A stretch of 64,000 nt of DNA, taken from Candidatus Anderseniibacteriota bacterium. Its GTDB lineage: Bacteria > Patescibacteriota > Andersenbacteria > UBA10190. This document shows positions 48,741-58,192 of this stretch, one piece after another. The position numbers and the translations under genes are program-made. Where the stretch lies: the NCBI GenBank assembly GCA_021414205.1, contig JAIOOW010000002.1, forward strand, positions 18,692 through 82,691, in the 5' to 3' direction. Position 1 is the stretch's first letter. The number at the start of each line of letters is the position of its first letter. The notes under the pieces are model-generated. The model searched no databases and was not told the origin of the DNA. It saw only the letters and a list, made by a program, of their open reading frames with translations.

Positions 48741-48770
48741 AGCATACTGATACGGCATGCAAAGTGTCAA
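48741..48770 (-). promoter_or_regulatory. Sigma70-type promoter for the 48193-48681 orphan
   Basis: TTGACA (48770-48765), 18 nt, TATGCT (48746-48741); ACGATTGGTT follows 7 nt downstream. Confidence 0.7.
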
Positions 48771-48786
48771 TAGTTTTTGACAGTTT

Positions 48787-50205
48787 TTATTTTCTCTCTG
48801 TTATGCGGAAATTTATGAGTTGTGGACAAATTGTTCCCGATATTTCTGTCTTCGCGTCGCCTTGTATGCGATAGTCAACGGTGTATTTGGCCTGGTTTTT
48901 ATGATCCTCATCCATAAACTGAATACCTGAATACTGCCTGCTCCAAAATTCTAGCCTGTTATAAATATGAACATTTTCAGAAGTAACCGGCCCAAGACCG
49001 CTTAGACATGCAAATAGTTGCCTAGTATCGACTAACGCAGAGGCGCTGTCAGTTCGATTACCAAGTGAGAATAGATTTGTTGAACCCCCAGCATTCAAAT
49101 ACGGAACGGCAATTCCAAATATCGCCCACACAATAAGAGCTGTGCATATCAGCCAAGGTATTATAGTAGCAACAATAGCGCTGCGTTTTCGAACCAATGC
49201 AATAATAGCTTCTAGTCCAATACCCGAAAGCATCCAAAACCCAATAACAAATACAGTCATGTATCGCAAACTGAATCGATCGATGATGCGTAATAAAACG
49301 AACATATGAATTATCAGGGCTATCGCAATAATCCATGCGATTTTTCTGTGTTTTGAAAAGAATAAGGGGATAACTGCGAGCACGCTGAGCAACATTGTCA
49401 CAATCCCCATGCTAATAGGTGACAGTTCTTTGCCCGTATACGATGCTATATAAGAGGAACCAGAAATTATTTCCGGAAATAAGGATGGAAATGTAGAAAT
49501 ACGATCAGAAAATGTTTCTGCAATTGCTTTTTGACTTCCCTGATCGTCCGGATACAGCTGGATAATAGCAAACTGCATGGCAAACCCCGCAATAAACCCA
49601 ATAATAATTGGCCATGCAGATATAATCATCTTTGGTTTTCGAACAATACATATAATTCCGCATACAACAATCGCAATAAGCGTCGGCAAAAATAATAGAT
49701 GATTCGCAAGCCCAAGCCCACCGGCTAGGCCCGCTAGTAAGAATTTATGCCTCCACGAAGATTGCAACAGCCATATGATTACAACAGCAAACAACGGTAA
49801 CAGCGTGACTGCCCAGCCAAGCCGTTGTTGTGTGATATATATTGGCGAAAAAGTGAGAAATAGTAGAGGGGTCAAGCTCTGATATTTGCCCAAATACTTT
49901 ATAAGTAAATATGCGCTGATTATAAAAAACAGCGCAGATGCCAAAAACGTAACACTTCTAAGCGCAAACGCCGTGTATCCAAACACTACTACAAAGGGTA
50001 CTCGCGCATAGTCTATGCCAGCACCGATATACGACCGCTCCCCCAGCACTTCTATCTTTTTCTGATCCAGCATATGGAACACATTCTCACCTTCATGAGC
50101 CTCGTCACCCATTAATCCCGGAATTGTGGTCAAATATGCGCCGTTTAATGCAAGAAATACGACAAATAGCGCTACATGAAATTTGTATGCAATTAATTTC
50201 AACAT
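48787..50205 (-). CDS. ArnT-like GT-C membrane protein
   Basis: 'PGLMGDEAHEG', 'FALR', about 12 TM. Confidence 0.75.
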   Translation of the reverse strand: MLKLIAYKFHVALFVVFLALNGAYLTTIPGLMGDEAHEGENVFHMLDQKKIEVLGERSYIGAGIDYARVPFVVVFGYTAFALRSVTFLASALFFIISAYLLIKYLGKYQSLTPLLFLTFSPIYITQQRLGWAVTLLPLFAVVIIWLLQSSWRHKFLLAGLAGGLGLANHLLFLPTLIAIVVCGIICIVRKPKMIISAWPIIIGFIAGFAMQFAIIQLYPDDQGSQKAIAETFSDRISTFPSLFPEIISGSSYIASYTGKELSPISMGIVTMLLSVLAVIPLFFSKHRKIAWIIAIALIIHMFVLLRIIDRFSLRYMTVFVIGFWMLSGIGLEAIIALVRKRSAIVATIIPWLICTALIVWAIFGIAVPYLNAGGSTNLFSLGNRTDSASALVDTRQLFACLSGLGPVTSENVHIYNRLEFWSRQYSGIQFMDEDHKNQAKYTVDYRIQGDAKTEISGTICPQLINFRITERK

Positions 50206-50224
50206 ACTGATATACTACACCAAT
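50206..50224. promoter_or_regulatory. Candidate bidirectional leaderless promoter (overlapping -10 boxes)
   Basis: Only 19 nt between divergent ATGs; TATACT (+, 50211-50216) overlaps TAGTAT (-, 50217-50212). Confidence 0.55.
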
Positions 50225-52429
50225 ATGAATTGGCGAGCATGGATAGTACCTGGCATAGTGATTGTAGTCATCGGAATATTTTTTATTCCCGTTATTCAGC
50301 ACAGGGTACTTTCCTATGGAATTGATTCGTACGCAACCCACGCGCCGTTATTTACCGGACATACTGCTTCGCAAGCGTTTACTACGCAATCAAATATTAT
50401 TGGCATCGGTACAATTCTCGTTAATCTCCATCACGCAAAGCAACTCACGCCAGTTACCGTGACTGTATTCAATACAGCATCGAACACACTTCTGGTATCA
50501 AAAACGATTCTTCCAATAGATATTCACGACGATCAATTTGCATACATTAATTTTCCAAGTACGCCGATTCCAGCAAATACCCCGATTAAAATAGAATACT
50601 CTGCTCCAAACTCTACCGTTCAAAATCCAGTTGGAGTGCGATTCGGATCCAATAAGGAAGATATATCGCTTGCGCTTATAGAGAAAGTTCCTGTGTGGCG
50701 AGCAATACTCACAGTTGCTCACAATCGTCAAAACGATTGGAAATATGTCGCACCCGTGAGCATATTCGCACTACTCGTTTGCATTCCCGCATTATTCCCA
50801 ACAAAAAGATCCATAGCATTTTGGATAGCAACGGCTATTATTGCAATTTCTGCATACGCAATCATGCTCTGGATCATCCCACAATTCGGAGGCGTAAGTG
50901 GCGGCGACCCATACGACTATTTAGGCATCGCTCAATCGATACAGCACGGTCAAAATCCCTTCTTAAACACAAAACGACTCCCAGGATATCCGCTCTTACT
51001 TGTTCCAACGTTTGCATCCAGAGCTTTTGACGATCAATTCGTGATGCGCGTTATTACAAGCACTGCCGGAATAATAGGAATCATTTTAATCGCACTCATT
51101 GCTCGCACTCTTACTTCTTCATTGATCCCCGCTATCGGCTCTGCAGCCATTCTCGCATTTCAGAAAGACTACATCTGGACAGCAATGAGGCCGGAACCGT
51201 ATGCAGTATATGCAATGCTATTGCTTCTTGCGCTATATCTATTCTTTTTATCTTATCAGCAGCAGTCCAAGCTTTGGATACGTATCGCATTTGGCCTATG
51301 CTTAGGATATGCCGCCATGACTCGCCAAGAGGGATTCGTTCTTGCGGCAGTACTTGGATCATGCTCTTTTGCCTATGAGCTAGCGCGCGGAAAAAGCATT
51401 GTTCGTTTTATAAGTATGTATGTACCAGCTTTTGCAATCGTGCTTCCTTTTTTCATAACAAACACTATTGCATACCATAATCCATTCTATCTGAAATACC
51501 TACAGGACGAACGATTACAACCCGTAGATTCATTCCTTGCATTCCAAGATTCTCTAGGGGCAACGTGGGGAATAGTCGGATCAATGTGGAAAGCATCCTG
51601 GAGCCAGCTTGAGCGACTATCACTCACATCAGTCCCATTACTATCAGGCATCATCAGCATGTGGGGATGGTATGCATATATTCGATATAATAAGAACAAG
51701 ACTGTTGGAATGATCGTAACAGCGCTTCTCTTGCTCATGAGTGCTGGAATGATACTGGCGAGCGTATATGCAAAAGCAAATTTTAGCGGACTATTTACGC
51801 AGATAAGTGCAGGATTTATCCTCGCCAGCATTCCCGTATTTTTCATAGAAACAAAATGGAAAGGTGTAGTTATCGCTCTTGTTTTATTGTCGCAAATCGG
51901 AATTGCAACATGGTTTCATCCATTTCCCAAGCATTACCAGCAATCTTATCCGTTAATTGTGCTAATGATCGGCACAGCATTGCTTGCAAGAGCTCCAAAT
52001 AAAAAACTTCTTTTTTCATACGCCGCATTAATAACATCTATCCTACCGTTTCTATTAATAAGCACGATGCTAGGACAACAATTAAATACTGCAATAGATA
52101 AGCAAAATCAAGACACTGCATTAGATTCTGTAACATACAGAGCTGCACGTTATGCGCGCAACCTTCCTCAGCCAATAGGTTTCGATCAAGCATACTTGCC
52201 AGCGCGTCTATATTTCGATCCTGATGCAATATACTTTCCTGCTGAAGATAACCCAACGCCCCAAATGGAAAAAGACTGGCTCGCAAAAAATCCTATCAAG
52301 ACGATGATAGTAACAAATGCTGAGAAAATATTCTCAAAACCATATCCGAATTGGACGGTAGTAAAAACATTCAAGGCAGCAGGGAATGACGATAAAATTT
52401 TTGAAAGTATTGTATATTCAGTACATTGA
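50225..52429 (+). CDS. GT-C (ArnT/GT39-like) membrane protein with an N-terminal beta-rich domain
   Basis: 'SGGDPYDYLGIA', 'RLPGYP', 'MRPE', 'TRQEG'. Confidence 0.78.
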   Translation: MNWRAWIVPGIVIVVIGIFFIPVIQHRVLSYGIDSYATHAPLFTGHTASQAFTTQSNIIGIGTILVNLHHAKQLTPVTVTVFNTASNTLLVSKTILPIDIHDDQFAYINFPSTPIPANTPIKIEYSAPNSTVQNPVGVRFGSNKEDISLALIEKVPVWRAILTVAHNRQNDWKYVAPVSIFALLVCIPALFPTKRSIAFWIATAIIAISAYAIMLWIIPQFGGVSGGDPYDYLGIAQSIQHGQNPFLNTKRLPGYPLLLVPTFASRAFDDQFVMRVITSTAGIIGIILIALIARTLTSSLIPAIGSAAILAFQKDYIWTAMRPEPYAVYAMLLLLALYLFFLSYQQQSKLWIRIAFGLCLGYAAMTRQEGFVLAAVLGSCSFAYELARGKSIVRFISMYVPAFAIVLPFFITNTIAYHNPFYLKYLQDERLQPVDSFLAFQDSLGATWGIVGSMWKASWSQLERLSLTSVPLLSGIISMWGWYAYIRYNKNKTVGMIVTALLLLMSAGMILASVYAKANFSGLFTQISAGFILASIPVFFIETKWKGVVIALVLLSQIGIATWFHPFPKHYQQSYPLIVLMIGTALLARAPNKKLLFSYAALITSILPFLLISTMLGQQLNTAIDKQNQDTALDSVTYRAARYARNLPQPIGFDQAYLPARLYFDPDAIYFPAEDNPTPQMEKDWLAKNPIKTMIVTNAEKIFSKPYPNWTVVKTFKAAGNDDKIFESIVYSVH

Positions 52430-52432
52430 CGT

Positions 52433-54235
52433 ATGGATACTTCACTCGCATTTGAAACATACCAGGGTGCATTGGCAGGGATTATCTTTGGCATCGGAGC
52501 ATTACTTGCTGCATTATTGCCAAAATACAAATGGTTCGCATCTGCAATTCTGCTCGTACTCATAACCCCGATCGCGCTTGCTCCTTTTTGGTTCAGCGCA
52601 GACAAATTGGGTATTTCCGACTGGGATTACTACTTTTCAATGCACACGAATCTGTGGCAAACAATTACTCAGTTTCATCAGTTTCCATTATGGAATCCGT
52701 TTACCTGTGGAGGAACATCCGCATTAGGCGATCCGGAATTTCCTGTATTATCTCCCCTATTCTTACTCGAATTGGCTTTTGGAACTCCGGCAGGCCTGAA
52801 GCTTTCCATCTATTTCGCAACTGCAATCGGAGCTTTAGGCATGCTGTTTTTAGCAAAAAAGATGAACATGTCGCCACTTGCCGGACTCACAGCAGGAATG
52901 GGCCTCGCATTCGGCTCCGTTAATTTACTGGAAATAGTCGAGGGCCATCAAAATATTTTGGCGTTCATGTATATTCCATGGATATTTTTAACCTGGTATA
53001 TCGCATACCAATCTGAATTAAAAAAGAAATACCTCTATACCGTCATAACGGCCATTTTATTAACGCTCGTCTTTTTCCAGGGCGGATTATATTTGCTCAT
53101 GTATATGACGGCTGCGTTCATTATCTTACCGTTCCTCGTATCAAACCCGAAAAAAGCAATCTTCATCACCCTTACAGCGGGAATATTAGCGATGGGGTTG
53201 GCATCGGTAAAATTAATCCCTGTGATTTATTGGGTACACGAATTTCAAGATAAGGCATATGCAAGCTCTGCATACACGCTGTCATCAATGGATAAAATTT
53301 TACTTGGTAGATACTTACATGGCGTAGAAAATGTTATTCCAAACCAAGGAAGCGGCTGGCATGAATACGGTGCATACATCGGCCCTGTGATGCTTGTGCT
53401 GGCATTACTTGGATTTATCACCCATCGCAAAAATAGATTCGCGCAAGCACTGCTTATTACTGGGGCAATTGCATTATTTGGATCATCATTTGGACCATAC
53501 CTAAAACCATTCTTCGACCACGTACCATTTATTCCAAGATCGAACATAGCAAGAATTATTTTATTTACCATTATCCCTCTGTGCATGTTATCCGGGATGG
53601 GAATTGACTGGCTTCAAAAAAAATCCAGAATTTTAAAATACATAGCAATCATTCTTATAACACTTGCAGCAGTTGATCTCATGTCACTTGCCTATCCTTT
53701 AGCATCACAAGCATTCGTCTTGCCTCAAGAACCTATTACTCTTGGACAGGCGCAATTCCCGATTCAATACGATCCATTTAATTACAAAACACGATACGAG
53801 GGCGTCGACTATACTCGAGCATACGAGGCAACCTTAAAAGGGTATGGGACGCTTTCGTATTGCTCCGTACTTGGGCCGGACCCGGCAGTAAGTATTATCA
53901 CGGACGAGGGAAACAGCTACGTATCATTCCCAAGCAATCATGACGCCAGCTTTACAATAAATTCCTGGGCGCCAAATAAAGTAATCATCACCGTTACGTC
54001 GCCAATTGCGTCATCGGCAATAATAAACGCAAACTATGCGGACGGATGGATGGTAAGCGGCAACCCTGCTAAAAATATTGCAAATAAAGTGGGTACGCAA
54101 ATTCCAGCAGGAACCACACAACTAACATTTCAATATGTTCCGAAAGGCATGCTTCCAGGAATAGCAGTCACTGTACTAGCGACAATTATTACATTACTCG
54201 TACTTCTCTTATCGGCTGTACGAAGAGAAAAGTAA
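52433..54235 (+). CDS. YfhO-like GT-C membrane protein (paralog of 38386-40095)
   Basis: 'ISDWDYY', 'FPLWNPFTCGG', 'WHEYGAYIG', 'INANYADGW'. Confidence 0.78.
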   Translation: MDTSLAFETYQGALAGIIFGIGALLAALLPKYKWFASAILLVLITPIALAPFWFSADKLGISDWDYYFSMHTNLWQTITQFHQFPLWNPFTCGGTSALGDPEFPVLSPLFLLELAFGTPAGLKLSIYFATAIGALGMLFLAKKMNMSPLAGLTAGMGLAFGSVNLLEIVEGHQNILAFMYIPWIFLTWYIAYQSELKKKYLYTVITAILLTLVFFQGGLYLLMYMTAAFIILPFLVSNPKKAIFITLTAGILAMGLASVKLIPVIYWVHEFQDKAYASSAYTLSSMDKILLGRYLHGVENVIPNQGSGWHEYGAYIGPVMLVLALLGFITHRKNRFAQALLITGAIALFGSSFGPYLKPFFDHVPFIPRSNIARIILFTIIPLCMLSGMGIDWLQKKSRILKYIAIILITLAAVDLMSLAYPLASQAFVLPQEPITLGQAQFPIQYDPFNYKTRYEGVDYTRAYEATLKGYGTLSYCSVLGPDPAVSIITDEGNSYVSFPSNHDASFTINSWAPNKVIITVTSPIASSAIINANYADGWMVSGNPAKNIANKVGTQIPAGTTQLTFQYVPKGMLPGIAVTVLATIITLLVLLLSAVRREK

Positions 54236-54243
54236 AAAGCAAA

Positions 54244-55254
54244 TTACTTGGCCCCGAGAATACTTCGCTTATACTGATCGAGATTTTCAAGCGCAGCACC
54301 GGCGCCTTTTACCACGCACACCAACGGATCATCTGCAACATATACCGGGACTTGCGTTGCATGCGATATCACTTGATCAAGATTCTTAAGCAATGCTCCT
54401 CCTCCAGAAATCACAATACCTTTATCTATAACGTCTGATGCTAATTCCGGCGGTGTATCTTGCAATACATATTTGATTGCCTGCAACACCTCCATGATTG
54501 GATCGCGCAGAGCTTCTGTTACCTCATGAGAAGATATAACCGTTTCCTTTGGTAGACCGCTTGCTAGATCCCTTCCACGAATACTCATTTGCTGAGATTC
54601 TTCTTCGATAACAGCAGATCCTATTTCTTTTTTAATAGCTTCTGCCGTAGGCTCTCCAATTGTAATTCCATATCGCTTTTTAATGTGCTCAATAATTGCA
54701 TGGTCGAATGCATTACCTCCAACACGGGCAGAATGTGCCACAACGATACCGCCTAGCGACAATACTGCGGCTTCTGTTGTACCTCCTCCGATATCCACAA
54801 TCATATGTCCGGAAGATTCTCCAATTGGAATGCTCGCACCGATAGCAGCAGCGATAGGCTCCTTGATAAGATATGCAGCCTTAGCACCGGCGGATACTAC
54901 AGCATCAACTACTGCGCGTCGTTCCGTACTTGTGATGCCCGCAGGAACAGAAACTAATACTTCAGGACGTAAAAATCTCACTGATGCACCGATTTTCTTC
55001 AATAAATATCGAATCATGGCTTCGGCCACTCGATAATCAGCGATAACACCATCTTTCAATGGGCGATGAACGATAATATTCTCCGGCGTTCGCCCAAGCA
55101 TAGCATATGCATCGTTTCCAACAGCAAGCACGGCATTATCTATTTGAGATATCGCAACAACAGAAGGCTCGTTTAATACAATCCCCTTGCCCGGAACATA
55201 CATGAGCGTATTTGTCGTCCCTAAATCTATTGCAATTTTGCGTGTTAATGCCAT
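54244..55254 (-). CDS. mreB: Rod shape-determining protein MreB
   Basis: 'IDLGTTNT', 'EPSVVA', 'RPLKDGVIAD', 'VDIGGGTTE', 'SGGGALL'. Confidence 0.96.
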   Translation of the reverse strand: MALTRKIAIDLGTTNTLMYVPGKGIVLNEPSVVAISQIDNAVLAVGNDAYAMLGRTPENIIVHRPLKDGVIADYRVAEAMIRYLLKKIGASVRFLRPEVLVSVPAGITSTERRAVVDAVVSAGAKAAYLIKEPIAAAIGASIPIGESSGHMIVDIGGGTTEAAVLSLGGIVVAHSARVGGNAFDHAIIEHIKKRYGITIGEPTAEAIKKEIGSAVIEEESQQMSIRGRDLASGLPKETVISSHEVTEALRDPIMEVLQAIKYVLQDTPPELASDVIDKGIVISGGGALLKNLDQVISHATQVPVYVADDPLVCVVKGAGAALENLDQYKRSILGAK

Positions 55255-55259
55255 ACCAA

Positions 55260-56507
55260 TTATTCAGCTTTGGTAATCTTTGCGCCCAGTTTTTGCAACC
55301 GTCCAACCAAATCAGCATATCCGCGCTCGATATGCTCCGCCTGATCAATGATAGTCTCTCCTGTTGCAACCAATCCTGCGATAACAAGCGTAGCGCCTGA
55401 ACGAATATCTAGACCAGGTATCCTGCGCCCTGTAAGCTTTGTAGGCCCTGTAACTACAACGCGATGAGGGTCGCACACGACGGCACGAGCACCCATTTTT
55501 TGTAATTCCATGATGTGCTTAAACCTGCCTTCATACATCGGGTCATGAATCATGCTATTACCCTCTGCAACGCAGGCAATTACTGCGAATGGTGCTTGCA
55601 AATCCGTAGCAATACCTGGGTATGGCAATGCTTGCACGGAAAAGGACTTTAATTCAGCAGGATGGACGGTTACGTCTTTTCCAGAAATCGCATACTTAAT
55701 TCCAATCTCATCGCACACTTTAAAAAACAATAATAAATCCTGAAGCGGAACATTCTTAACAGTAAGCTCTGACTTCGTTGCAGCAGCTAGAAGGATAAAA
55801 AATCCAGCCTCCAACATATCTTGGATATTCGTAAATTCTGCGCCGCTCAATTTTTCGGATCCAGTAACAACAATAGTATGAGTGCCTTTGCCGTCGATTT
55901 TTGCCCCCATCTTTTCTAGTAATTCACACAACGCAACAACATGGGGCTCAGTTGCTGCGATAGAAATAGTCGTAGTACCAGGAAGTGTTGCGGCAACAAG
56001 TAATACATTTTCCGTTGCTGTCACAGAAAATTCTCGCAACACGACATTTCCGGCATGCATATGCTTACCATCAATACGCACCATTTCGCCGTCATCCTCA
56101 ACAATTGCTCCAAGCTGTGTAAATGCATCAAGATGCGCATCGATTGGTCGAGCGCCAATAACATCTCCACCAGGCCGTCTCAAAACAACAGAGCGTTTGC
56201 GGCCCAGCAACGCTCCAAGCAATAAAATGGATCCTCGTAGCTGCCCCACTAAATCTTGCGCAATGTGATCCTCATCCACATTTTGCGCATGCACCGTAAC
56301 AACATCACCTTCGCGGCGCATTTGAACGCCCAATGAAGCATATATATCCGCAACGCGATCAATATCTGAAATCCTCGGCATATTGCGCAATACGACCTCG
56401 TCCTCCGTTAATAGCGTTGCCGCAAGAAGGGGTAAAGAAGCGTTTTTTGACCCATATACCTCAATTTCTCCAAATAGTTTTGCGGGCCCTTCTATCTTTA
56501 CAATCAT
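55260..56507 (-). CDS. murA: UDP-N-acetylglucosamine 1-carboxyvinyltransferase (Cys-to-Asp variant)
   Basis: 'GSKNASLP', 'PGGDVIGARPID', 'SVTATEN', 'PYPGIATD', 'HIERGY'. Confidence 0.95.
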   Translation of the reverse strand: MIVKIEGPAKLFGEIEVYGSKNASLPLLAATLLTEDEVVLRNMPRISDIDRVADIYASLGVQMRREGDVVTVHAQNVDEDHIAQDLVGQLRGSILLLGALLGRKRSVVLRRPGGDVIGARPIDAHLDAFTQLGAIVEDDGEMVRIDGKHMHAGNVVLREFSVTATENVLLVAATLPGTTTISIAATEPHVVALCELLEKMGAKIDGKGTHTIVVTGSEKLSGAEFTNIQDMLEAGFFILLAAATKSELTVKNVPLQDLLLFFKVCDEIGIKYAISGKDVTVHPAELKSFSVQALPYPGIATDLQAPFAVIACVAEGNSMIHDPMYEGRFKHIMELQKMGARAVVCDPHRVVVTGPTKLTGRRIPGLDIRSGATLVIAGLVATGETIIDQAEHIERGYADLVGRLQKLGAKITKAE

Positions 56508-56557
56508 AGGTAGAGAATACATACTATGGAGCAAAGTTTCAATAAGCTTTTTAACGT

Positions 56558-57883
56558 ATGCATCTGAACATTCGAAGATTACTTTCAATCGTGGCTTTTA
56601 TAGCTTTTATCGCTATAGCGCCTGTAATTGTTTTATACGCTATCGGCTATCGATCCGTCAGCACTTCTTTACCGGAACCTGTTGGAGTTGCGATTATTAA
56701 TGCGTTACCCAAAAAAGCTGTTGTATCCATAAACGGAACAGCATATGGAACAGTTCCTCGATCTGTGCCAAACCTCCTCCCAGGGACAGTTGAGGTGCAG
56801 GTAGCAAAAGACGGATACCAACCGTGGCAAAAAAAGCTAGAAATAAAACCAATGCAAGCAACGGATGCCCGCAACATCAAACTGATTCCAACTACGCAAG
56901 ATACCGACGAACTTACAGCTGACGCAACAGCATTTGCAACATCTCCAGATGCATCGATTATCGCAATCGTAAATGCCAAAAACGAAATATTTTTCATGGA
57001 CCAAAATGGGAAATTTAAGACAAACAGCATTGCATTCAAATCCCCTATTACAGAAATGGTATGGTCCAATGATTCCAGCCGCGTCCTGATTGGCACAAAA
57101 CAATCAGGCTTCACTCTTTTGCAATTTTCAAATCAAGCAATAACGAAAAGCGCATTTGTACTTCCTGCAACCGATACGCGCGCGAAGTGGGATCCAGCAG
57201 ACAATCAATCCATACTAGCGCTCACAAGCAAGCATGAACTCGTACGCTATAACATCACAACATCGACAAGCGCTATAATAGATTCGAATTGCAATACATA
57301 CACATTCTCCAATAATCAACTCATATATCAGCGAATCGACAATACGCTTGTAAAAGGATCGTTTTCTCAAGATCTTAATCAGCGAGCATTATCGATATCA
57401 GCATCAGTAAATGGCGACCTTGCCATACTACTAGAATCCGGCGAGTTGCTTATCGTCGATACTCGCAACACAATCAATTCCATATCAGGACACGTACTAT
57501 CCTCCTCATGGTCCACGGACGGTTCTTTATTACTACTGCAATCCTCACCAAGCGAACTGGATATATATAACTTCAGCAACGAACGAATGAGAACGCTCCC
57601 GATTCATGAATCTCATGTGCTTGTGCGATTAGCAACAACCATCCTAAACCCGTCATGGTTCCCTGATAATGCGCATATAGTATATCAAACAGGATCCAAT
57701 CTTATATTATCCGAAGTAGATCCTCGAGATTATGTTATCTCAACAAAAATTGCAGATCTTCCGCAGCAAACGCAAAACAACATATGGATTGCGAAGGATA
57801 TGAATTCGCTTATTCACATCACTCAAGCAGGAAATACTACAAACCTGATTCGTACGTGGCTTGTAACAAAAGACGATAGATAA
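56558..57883 (+). CDS. PEGA-domain membrane-anchored protein with probable beta-propeller repeats
   Basis: N-terminal TM ending 'YAIGY', 'NLLPGTVEVQVAKDGYQPW', repeats 'TSPDAS', 'WSNDSS', 'WSTDGS', 'WFPDNA'. Confidence 0.82.
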   Translation: MHLNIRRLLSIVAFIAFIAIAPVIVLYAIGYRSVSTSLPEPVGVAIINALPKKAVVSINGTAYGTVPRSVPNLLPGTVEVQVAKDGYQPWQKKLEIKPMQATDARNIKLIPTTQDTDELTADATAFATSPDASIIAIVNAKNEIFFMDQNGKFKTNSIAFKSPITEMVWSNDSSRVLIGTKQSGFTLLQFSNQAITKSAFVLPATDTRAKWDPADNQSILALTSKHELVRYNITTSTSAIIDSNCNTYTFSNNQLIYQRIDNTLVKGSFSQDLNQRALSISASVNGDLAILLESGELLIVDTRNTINSISGHVLSSSWSTDGSLLLLQSSPSELDIYNFSNERMRTLPIHESHVLVRLATTILNPSWFPDNAHIVYQTGSNLILSEVDPRDYVISTKIADLPQQTQNNIWIAKDMNSLIHITQAGNTTNLIRTWLVTKDDR

Positions 57884-57917
57884 AAAAGACCGGTAGCTAC
57901 ATGCGTAGACTACCGGC
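57882..57917 (-). terminator. Rho-independent terminator downstream of csrA
   Basis: Minus strand GCCGGTAGTCTACGCATGTAGCTACCGGTC followed by T6. Confidence 0.75.
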
Positions 57918-57944
57918 AAACGTTCTCCTGAAAAATGTTCAAAC

Positions 57945-58133
57945 CTATGCCACCTTTTGCACAGGCACTTGCTCGGATTCTCCTGGGCCGAGCTCGCTGC
58001 GACGCACAGGAACATCCGTCGGAGCTTCGATTCCCAAGCGAACCTTGCCGCCCCGAACCTCCAGCACAGTAATGGTAATCAATCCACCGTCAATCAAAAT
58101 CTGCTGCTTCAATCCGCGAGTTAGCACCAACAT
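57945..58133 (-). CDS. csrA: Carbon storage regulator CsrA/RsmA family RNA-binding protein (62 aa)
   Basis: 'MLVLTR...ITITVLEVRGGKVRLGIEAPTDVPVRRSEL'; SD GGAGG 6 nt upstream of the ATG at 58133. Confidence 0.9.
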   Translation of the reverse strand: MLVLTRGLKQQILIDGGLITITVLEVRGGKVRLGIEAPTDVPVRRSELGPGESEQVPVQKVA

Positions 58134-58192
58134 TTCAAGCCTCCATGCAAAGGACAACGCACAAGACGAATACCACTTACTCGTCTTGAATC

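Noticed and set aside
57918-57944. GGA-loop mini-hairpin (TTC-AGGA-GAA) in the csrA 3' UTR as a CsrB-like sRNA
   Set aside because: A single GGA with a 3-bp stem is too weak; CsrB/RsmZ-type RNAs have several.
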